A stretch of 64,000 bases of DNA from Mycoplasmatota bacterium. GTDB taxonomy: Bacteria; Bacillota_I; Bacilli_A; RF39; UBA660. The stretch spans positions 2,283 through 66,282 of the forward strand of contig JALFKQ010000014.1 in assembly GCA_022774645.1 (NCBI GenBank). The letters are read 5' to 3'. Of this stretch, positions 57,262 through 64,000 are shown in pieces (the stretch's first letter is position 1; each line of letters begins with the position of its first letter). Under the pieces are notes generated by a model. That model was not told where the DNA came from. It was given only the letters and a program-made list of their open reading frames with translations, and did not search any database. A program made the translations under genes and the position numbers.

Positions 57262-58712
57262 TGATAACTAAGAATATTAAAGAATTACACGAAGAATTAT
57301 TAAATAAAAAAATCACTTCAAAAGAATTAATAAAAGAATCATTAGAAAAATGTCATAGTATACAAGAAAAAACTAATGCATTTGTGACTATTATTGATGA
57401 TGCAAAAGAAAGTGAAGTAACAGATGAATTAGTAAGCGGTATTCCATTTGGTGTAAAAGATAACTTTTCTACAAAAGATATTTTATCAACAGGAAGTTCT
57501 AACACATTAAAAGATTATGTTCCGTTCTTTGATGCAACAGCTGTCTTAAACCTAAAAAATAAAGGTGCAGTGCCTGTTTCAAAAACAGTTTTAGATGAAC
57601 TTGGAATGGGAGGAACTGGAACAACTGGACATACAGGTATTGTTCACAACCCTTGGGATTATAGAAGAATGACAGCAGGAAGTTCTGCAGGAAGTGCTGC
57701 CTCAGTAGCATGCGGATGTTATCCATTTGCTCTTGGAAGTGATACAGGAGACTCAATTCGTAAACCAGCAGCATATTGTGGAATAGTTGGATATAAGCCA
57801 ACATATGGAATGATTTCAAGATATGGACTTTTCCCATTTGCTTGCTCACTTGATACAGTTGGTGTTTTATCAAGAAGTGTAGAAGATGCAGCAATCGCAG
57901 TAGATGCAATGAAAGGTATAGATTCAAAAGATATGACTTCTTGGGATTCAAGTAATATTAACCTTTATAAAAGTTTAAATAAGGATGTTAAAGGTAAAAA
58001 ACTATTTTATATAAAAGAAATAGTAGATATAAATAATTATGAAAATCCAAGTGAAGAATTAAAAAGGCATTTAGAAAACTTCAATAAAACAATAGAATTA
58101 TGTAAAAATCTTGGTATAGAAGTAAAAGAAGAAAGCATTGATAAAAAATTACTAGATGCAGTTTCTTCTGTTTATGTAGTAATATCTTGTGCAGAGGCAA
58201 CAAGCAATATGTCTAACTTAACAGGAATAAGCTTCGGACCAAGAGGTGAAGGACAAACACCATTTGAAATAATGAAAGATCATAGAACAAAAGGATTTAG
58301 TCCACTTATAAAAAGAAGATTTGTAATCGGTTCTTATGTACTTCAAAAAGAAAATCAAGAAAAATATTTTATGAATGCTAAAAGAGTAAGAAGACTAATA
58401 GTAGATAAAATGAATGAAATGTTTAGTAAATATGATGGACTTATCTTACCAGTAGGCAGTGGTTCTGCTAAGTATATTGAAAATTCTAAAAATAAACTAT
58501 CATCTTCAAATAGTATTTTAGAAGATCATTTACAAATAGGTAATTTTGGCGGTTTCCCATCAATAACAATACCAAATGGTTTTGTAAATAATTTACCAGT
58601 TGGAGTAAATATAACAGGTGCCGTTAAAGACGATATAAATGTACTTAACATAGCATATGCATTAGAAAGCAATATGGATTATAAAAATATGATTGCAAAG
58701 GAGGTGGAATAA
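57261..58712 (+). CDS. gatA: Asp/Glu-tRNA amidotransferase subunit A
   Basis: Amidase signature 'GGTGTTGHTG...AGSSAGSAASVA...GSDTGDSIRKPA'. Confidence 0.9.
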   Translation: MITKNIKELHEELLNKKITSKELIKESLEKCHSIQEKTNAFVTIIDDAKESEVTDELVSGIPFGVKDNFSTKDILSTGSSNTLKDYVPFFDATAVLNLKNKGAVPVSKTVLDELGMGGTGTTGHTGIVHNPWDYRRMTAGSSAGSAASVACGCYPFALGSDTGDSIRKPAAYCGIVGYKPTYGMISRYGLFPFACSLDTVGVLSRSVEDAAIAVDAMKGIDSKDMTSWDSSNINLYKSLNKDVKGKKLFYIKEIVDINNYENPSEELKRHLENFNKTIELCKNLGIEVKEESIDKKLLDAVSSVYVVISCAEATSNMSNLTGISFGPRGEGQTPFEIMKDHRTKGFSPLIKRRFVIGSYVLQKENQEKYFMNAKRVRRLIVDKMNEMFSKYDGLILPVGSGSAKYIENSKNKLSSSNSILEDHLQIGNFGGFPSITIPNGFVNNLPVGVNITGAVKDDINVLNIAYALESNMDYKNMIAKEVE

Positions 58713-60145
58713 TGTCATATAAAGCAGTAATAGGTCTTGAATTTCACTGTGAAATGAAATCAAATACAAAAGTATTTTCAAATTCAAGAAATAGCTTTAG
58801 TAAACTTGCTAACTCAAATGTAGCACCACTAGATATGGCATTTCCAGGAACACTTCCTGTTGTTAATAAAACTTGTGTTAAAAAAGCTATAATGATGGCA
58901 TCAATATTAAATTGTAAGATACCAGAATATATGGAATTTGACAGAAAAAATTATTATTATCCAGATCTTCCAAAAGGATATCAATTAACTCAATTCTATA
59001 ATCCAGTCGGAGTAGATGGAAAAATAATAATAGATGTTAAAGGTACAAAAAAAGAGGTGTTAATTCACGACATACATTTAGAAGAAGATGCAGCATCACT
59101 TGATCATTATTACAATACTTCAACAATAGACTACAATAGAGCAGGAGTTCCACTTCTAGAATTAGTAACAGAACCTTGTCTTTATAGTGTAGATGAAGCA
59201 TTAGTTTTCTTAGAACATATTAAAAGTATTTATGAATATACTGATATTTCAGAATGTGATACTAAAAAAGGACAAATAAGAGCAGATGTAAATGTATCAA
59301 TAATGAATAAAGATGATACTGAATTTGGTACAAAAGTAGAAGTTAAAAATGTAAATAGCTTTGATGCAATTAGAAAAACAATAGAATATGAAATTAAAAG
59401 ACAATCAGAATTAAAAGATGCTGGTAGATATGATGAAGTAGTACAAGAAACAAGAAGATGGGATGACGAAAGCGGTACTACAATTCATATGAGAAGTAAA
59501 GCAGATGCAATTGATTATAAATACTTTAGAGAACCAAATATTCCAAGATATAAAATAACAAAAGAATTAATTGAAAAAATTAAGTCACAAATACCAATGT
59601 TAGCAAATGAAAGAAAAGAAAAATATATGAAAGAATATTCTCTTTCAGAATACGATGCAAGTGTACTTGTAAAAAATAAGAAAATATCTGATTATTTTGA
59701 AGAATGTGTAAACAGTAATTGTGATCCAAAATCAGCTTGTAACTGGATAACAACTAGATTGCTTGGTGAAATAAATAAGAGCGATGAAATAACAATAGAT
59801 AATATATTTATTAGACCAAATATGATAGTGGAATTAGTAAATCTAGTTAATGATAAAAAAATATCATCAGATCAAGCTAAAAAAGTATTTACAAAAATGC
59901 TTGAAGAAAAACTAACTCCAAAAGAAATAGTAAAAAAATATGATATGGAAGTAATAGAAGATTCTTCATTTATTGATTCCTTAGTTGATGAAGTTATAAA
60001 TGAAAATGAAAAAGCAATTACAGATTATCATAATGGTAGAACTAATATGTTAGATTACTTAGTTGGACAAGTTATGAAAAAATCAAAAGGAAAAGCAAAT
60101 CCATTAGAAGCAAAATCTAAAATGTTAGAAAAAATTAGCAAATAA
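58712..60145 (+). CDS. gatB: Asp/Glu-tRNA amidotransferase subunit B
   Basis: 'IGLEFHCEM', 'DRKNYYYPDLPKGYQ', 'HLEEDA', C-terminal YqeY-like tail. Confidence 0.9.
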   Translation: MSYKAVIGLEFHCEMKSNTKVFSNSRNSFSKLANSNVAPLDMAFPGTLPVVNKTCVKKAIMMASILNCKIPEYMEFDRKNYYYPDLPKGYQLTQFYNPVGVDGKIIIDVKGTKKEVLIHDIHLEEDAASLDHYYNTSTIDYNRAGVPLLELVTEPCLYSVDEALVFLEHIKSIYEYTDISECDTKKGQIRADVNVSIMNKDDTEFGTKVEVKNVNSFDAIRKTIEYEIKRQSELKDAGRYDEVVQETRRWDDESGTTIHMRSKADAIDYKYFREPNIPRYKITKELIEKIKSQIPMLANERKEKYMKEYSLSEYDASVLVKNKKISDYFEECVNSNCDPKSACNWITTRLLGEINKSDEITIDNIFIRPNMIVELVNLVNDKKISSDQAKKVFTKMLEEKLTPKEIVKKYDMEVIEDSSFIDSLVDEVINENEKAITDYHNGRTNMLDYLVGQVMKKSKGKANPLEAKSKMLEKISK

Positions 60146-60257
60146 ATATTATACCTAATTCATTGAATTAGGTATTTTTATATAAACTTTACATATAGTT
60201 ATAATAAATATTATTAAAGATTGAATATGTGATATAATTTAAATGGAGAATGATATT

Positions 60258-61310
60258 ATGAAAAAGAGAAAAGTAAAAAGAATATGGAGACATTTATTAT
60301 TTTTTATAGTATTTGCTGGTATATCTGCATTTATATTTAATCATTTTAATTTATATGAGAAAATATTAGAATATACAATGGAAAATGGTATAAATATTGG
60401 AAATGTTTATGTAGTAAAACCAAAAGTAAAAATAATAGATGAAGATAGTAAAACGAGACCTGTAGCAGTATCAATAAATAATAATCATGCTGCTTATCCA
60501 CATGCTGGACTTCAAGATGCATACCTCGCATATGAACTTATTGCAGAAGGTGGTATAACAAGAATAATTGCTTTGTTTAAAGATCAAACAACAGATAAAA
60601 TAGGTTCAGTAAGAAGTGCAAGACATTATTTCTTAGATTATGTTATGGAAAATGATGCAATATTTGTTCACTATGGACACTCTCCACAAGCATTAAGTGA
60701 TATAAAAAGTTTAAAAATAAACAATATAAATGGTATGTACGATGCAAAAGGATTTTATAGAGATACTTCTCTTCATAGAGCATATGAACACACAGCATTT
60801 ACATCAATGGAAAGAATAAATAAATTAATAAAATCAAAAGGTTACAGAAATACAACAGATACACAATTGTTAAAATATAGTCCAATAAAAATGGAATACA
60901 AAGATTCAACTAAAAAAACAGCTAATACTATAGAAATTGTGTATTCAGATTATCAAACAACTAAGTATGTATATGATAAAGAAAATATGAATTACAAAAT
61001 GTTTATGGGAGGAAAAGAACATACCGATTTAATCACTAAAAAACAATATACAGTAAAAAATATAATTACTTACCAAGTGGAAAATTCATCAATACACTCT
61101 GATAGAAAAGGAAGACAAGATTTATATAATATTGGTAGTGGTGAAGGATACTATATTTCAAATGGTGAAGCTATAAAAATAAAATGGAATAAAAAAGATA
61201 GATCAAGTAAAACAGTTTATACATTAGAGGACGGAAGCGAATTAAAGGTAAATGATGGTAATACTTGGATACATATTCAACCAAAAAACAAAAAATTAAA
61301 TATTTCTTAA
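60258..61310 (+). CDS. DUF3048 (YerB-like) secreted/membrane-anchored protein
   Basis: 'RPVAVSINNNHAAYPHAGLQDAYLAYELIAEGGITRIIALF...GSVRSARHYF' matches the DUF3048 core. Confidence 0.7.
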   Translation: MKKRKVKRIWRHLLFFIVFAGISAFIFNHFNLYEKILEYTMENGINIGNVYVVKPKVKIIDEDSKTRPVAVSINNNHAAYPHAGLQDAYLAYELIAEGGITRIIALFKDQTTDKIGSVRSARHYFLDYVMENDAIFVHYGHSPQALSDIKSLKINNINGMYDAKGFYRDTSLHRAYEHTAFTSMERINKLIKSKGYRNTTDTQLLKYSPIKMEYKDSTKKTANTIEIVYSDYQTTKYVYDKENMNYKMFMGGKEHTDLITKKQYTVKNIITYQVENSSIHSDRKGRQDLYNIGSGEGYYISNGEAIKIKWNKKDRSSKTVYTLEDGSELKVNDGNTWIHIQPKNKKLNIS

Positions 61311-61386
61311 TTAAAAAAATTATATTGAAATATTTAATATTAGATGTTAAAATAATATTATAGAATAAGGAGGACATGATATTTAT

Positions 61387-62070
61387 ATGATGGACAAAGT
61401 ATTGAATTTTTTAGCAGATAATTACTTAATCTTTATGATTGTAGCTGTAGTGTTATTATTTGCTTTAATAGGATTTATTGTAGATGGTAAAAAGAAAAAA
61501 CAAAAGAATGCTGAGGTAGTTCCTTCAACTAATGTTCCACCACAACCTGTACCAACAGCTGTAGCAGCTAATACAGCACCACAAGATGAGACAGTAACAG
61601 CAGCACCAGCTGCAGCTACTCAAGAGCCAAGTTTAAGTGGACTAGAATCAACAGCAACAGATGTTAATATTAATACATCAACACCTGTGGCTCCAGTTAC
61701 ATCTGCAGCAGAAACACCAGTAACAGCTGCTCCTGCTGAAGCACCAGTTGAAAGTATATTTAATACACCAAGCACACCAGTTGAATCAACTCCAGCTGCT
61801 GTTGAACAACCAACATTAGTTGTTGAAGAACCACAAACTATTGCACCAGCTACTGAAGCTCCTGGACCAGAAGCAATGGTTCCACCAATTGGAGAAACAC
61901 CTTCTATAGGACCTGCACCTGCAATAGGTGAAACACCAAGTATTGGAGAAACTCCAAGTATAGGTGAAACACCATCTGTATCTGCACAACCAGTTACGGA
62001 ACAACCAACTGTACAAGTACCACAAGCTAGTGAAACACCACAAGCTCCACAAACTCCAGTTGGACAATAA
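61387..62070 (+). CDS. membrane-anchored P/T/A/E-rich low-complexity protein
   Basis: N-terminal TM 'LIFMIVAVVLLFALIGFIV' followed by a proline-rich region and tandem IGETPS repeats. Confidence 0.6.
   Translation: MMDKVLNFLADNYLIFMIVAVVLLFALIGFIVDGKKKKQKNAEVVPSTNVPPQPVPTAVAANTAPQDETVTAAPAAATQEPSLSGLESTATDVNINTSTPVAPVTSAAETPVTAAPAEAPVESIFNTPSTPVESTPAAVEQPTLVVEEPQTIAPATEAPGPEAMVPPIGETPSIGPAPAIGETPSIGETPSIGETPSVSAQPVTEQPTVQVPQASETPQAPQTPVGQ
61888..61977 (+). repeat. 18-nt in-frame tandem repeat (5 units, one diverged) encoding IGETPS
   Basis: ATTGGAGAAACACCTTCT-type unit repeated; peptide IGETPS-IGPAPA-IGETPS-IGETPS-IGETPS. Confidence 0.8.
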
Positions 62071-62081
62071 AATATAAAATT

Positions 62082-62107
62082 AGTAAGCGAAATAACTTAC
62101 TTTTTTA
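62082..62107 (+). terminator. rho-independent terminator
   Basis: GTAAG-CGAAATAA-CTTAC hairpin plus TTTTTT. Confidence 0.55.
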
Positions 62108-62221
62108 TTTGCAAAAAAATTGATAAAAAATGTGAAAAATGATAGACCCTTTGGATTAATAGCTTCAGGTTCTCTGACATATCAAGAAGGAATATCCCTT
62201 GCCTTTAGAATAGGTTAACAC

Positions 62222-62250
62222 TTGCATTTATATTTAAAATATGCTAGAAT
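62222..62250 (+). promoter_or_regulatory. sigma-A-type promoter of the alaS leader
   Basis: TTGCAT-17 nt-TAGAAT. Confidence 0.6.
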
Positions 62251-62445
62251 ACAAACATTGAAAGACGAGTAAAATAAAATTTATTTTATAGAGAGTTAAT
62301 GTTTGGTGAAAATTAATAGTAAAATTATTTGAAGCTACTTTCATTTTATGAGTTAATCACTCACGGCATACCCGTTATCATAACTAAGTTAATTAAAGGA
62401 TGGTACCGTCTATTTTAGACTCCTTGTGTATCATTCTTTTTTATT
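62251..62445 (+). promoter_or_regulatory. T-box riboswitch, Ala specifier (GCU)
   Basis: 'GAGTAA' S-turn, 'AGAGAG', 'GGTGAAA', specifier 'GAAGCTA', T-box 'AAAGGATGGTACCG', terminator AAGGATGGTAC...GTATCATTCTT plus a T-run. Confidence 0.85.
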
Positions 62446-62461
62446 TTATAAGGAGGAAAAT

Positions 62462-64000
62462 ATGAATATTAAAGATTTGTACATTGATTTTTTTGTTAAG
62501 AAAGGACATAAACAAATACCAAGTGCACCAGTAGTGCCAGAAAACGACCCAAGTGTTTTATTTAATACAGCTGGTATGCAACCATTAATTCCATATTTAA
62601 TGGGAGAACCTCATCCATATGGAACAAGACTATGTGATTATCAAAAATGTATTAGAACAAACGACTTAGATGTTATAGGTGATACATATCATCATACATT
62701 TTTTGAAATGCTAGGTAACTGGTCTCTTGGTGATTATTTTAAAGATGAAGCAATTGAGTGGAGTTTTGAGTTTTTAACAAAAGTTCTTAATATACCATTA
62801 GAAAGATTGGCAGTTACTGTTTATGCTGGAAAAGGTAATATTCCATTTGATAAAGTATCTCACGATAAATGGCTAAGTTTAGGTATTAAAGAAGAAAGAA
62901 TAGCAAGAACAGTTGATGATAACTTCTGGATTGCAGGAGAAACAGGACCTTGTGGACCAGATACAGAAATGTTCTATTTTAGAAGTAATGAACCAATTCC
63001 AGAAAAATTTGATCCAGAAGATGAGAGATGGGTTGAAATCTGGAATGATGTATTTATGCAATATAAAAAGAATAGTGATGGAAGTATAGAAGAGCTACCT
63101 AAAAAGAATGTTGACACTGGAATGGGATTAGAAAGAGTAACAGCAGTACTTGAAGGAGTAAATGATAACTACTTATCTAGTATTTGGAAAGATGTAATAG
63201 AAGTAATTTCAAAAATATCATCTCTACCTTATGAAGGCAATGAAACAAGTATGAGAATAATTGCAGATCATATTAGAACAGCAGTATTTATAAGTGCTGA
63301 TCCAGCTGGTATTAAACCAAGTAATGTAGGACAAGGATATATTCTAAGAAGGCTTATAAGAAGAGCTATAAGACATGCTAAAAAATTAAATATAGATATT
63401 AATAGTGATTGGGAAAGTCAAATAGCTTCATTAATAATGGATAAATATGAAATATATTATAGTGAAATTAAAGATAATAGAAATATTGTTTTAGAAGTAT
63501 TAAAAGCAGAAAAAGAAAAATTTAATAAAACATTAGAAAAAGGTCTTAGAGAATTCGAAAAAGTAGCAAAAAACAATAAAGATTTAGATGCAGCAACTTC
63601 ATTTAGATTATACGATACTTATGGTTTTCCAATTGAATTAACAGTTGAACTTGCAAATGAAAGAGGACTTAAAGTAGATGAAGAGGGATTTAAGGAAAAA
63701 TATAAAAATCATCAAGAATTATCAAGAACAGCCTCAGCTGGACAATTCAAAGGTGGATTAAGTGGAAATAATGAAATTGAAACCAAATATCATACAGCAA
63801 CACATCTTTTAAATGCTGCATTAAAACAAGTAATAGGTCCAACAGTTCATCAAAAAGGTAGCAATATTACAGATGAAAGAATGAGATTTGATTTTAGTTG
63901 TGATCATAAGTTATCAGATGAAGAAAAGAAACAAGCAGAAGATTTAGTAAATAAATGGATTAGTGAAGGACTACCTGTAACAGTAGAAGAAATGAATAAA
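62462..64000 (+). CDS. alaS: alanyl-tRNA synthetase (5' part; continues beyond the window)
   Basis: AGGAGG RBS; 'FNTAGMQPL', 'QKCIRTNDLD', 'HHTFFEMLGNWSLGDYFK'; frame open to nt 64000. Confidence 0.95.
   Translation, partial: MNIKDLYIDFFVKKGHKQIPSAPVVPENDPSVLFNTAGMQPLIPYLMGEPHPYGTRLCDYQKCIRTNDLDVIGDTYHHTFFEMLGNWSLGDYFKDEAIEWSFEFLTKVLNIPLERLAVTVYAGKGNIPFDKVSHDKWLSLGIKEERIARTVDDNFWIAGETGPCGPDTEMFYFRSNEPIPEKFDPEDERWVEIWNDVFMQYKKNSDGSIEELPKKNVDTGMGLERVTAVLEGVNDNYLSSIWKDVIEVISKISSLPYEGNETSMRIIADHIRTAVFISADPAGIKPSNVGQGYILRRLIRRAIRHAKKLNIDINSDWESQIASLIMDKYEIYYSEIKDNRNIVLEVLKAEKEKFNKTLEKGLREFEKVAKNNKDLDAATSFRLYDTYGFPIELTVELANERGLKVDEEGFKEKYKNHQELSRTASAGQFKGGLSGNNEIETKYHTATHLLNAALKQVIGPTVHQKGSNITDERMRFDFSCDHKLSDEEKKQAEDLVNKWISEGLPVTVEEMNK

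Overview
Very AT-rich chromosomal segment from a low-GC Gram-positive bacterium (Bacillota-like). Gene content is mostly housekeeping, and probable sporulation markers (SpoVIF-like, YunB-like) are present. The standard bacterial code appears to apply: Trp is TGG, and conserved genes show no in-frame TGA except one case at 46614. Main contents, left to right:
- a consolidated NAD salvage cluster (pncA-pncB-nadE-orf-nadD-pncC-nrtR-nadK)
- two DD-carboxypeptidases, rluB, ferredoxin and a block of poorly characterised genes
- a 12-tRNA operon followed by a decayed MvaI/BcnI-like restriction endonuclease gene
- rny, a thiol-disulfide relay, femAB-like, eno-secG-rnr-smpB and secE-nusG
- a 3.4 kb insertion separating nusG from rplK-rplA
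- ftsA-ftsZ, two orphan type IV pilin-like genes and a repeat-bearing surface protein
- trmH-rimM-trmD-orf-hisS, two minus-strand tRNAs and a nagZ-like gene with an in-frame TGA
- parE-parC (topoisomerase IV, not gyrase) and a hybrid histidine kinase-GT2 operon
- an Asn T-box driving asnS-gatCAB, and an Ala T-box driving alaS (3' truncated by the window edge)

I found no CRISPR array, no intact mobile element and no clear multi-gene defence system. The most unusual observations are:
- a LysM-like insertion inside RNase R
- a 60-aa acidic C-terminal extension on ribosomal protein L11
- the frameshifted restriction endonuclease beside the tRNA operon
- pilin-like genes embedded in housekeeping operons with no assembly machinery in view
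- the orphan hybrid kinase-glycosyltransferase operon
- an unknown ORF translationally coupled inside the NAD cluster

All functional calls come from motif recognition by eye; no database searches were run.
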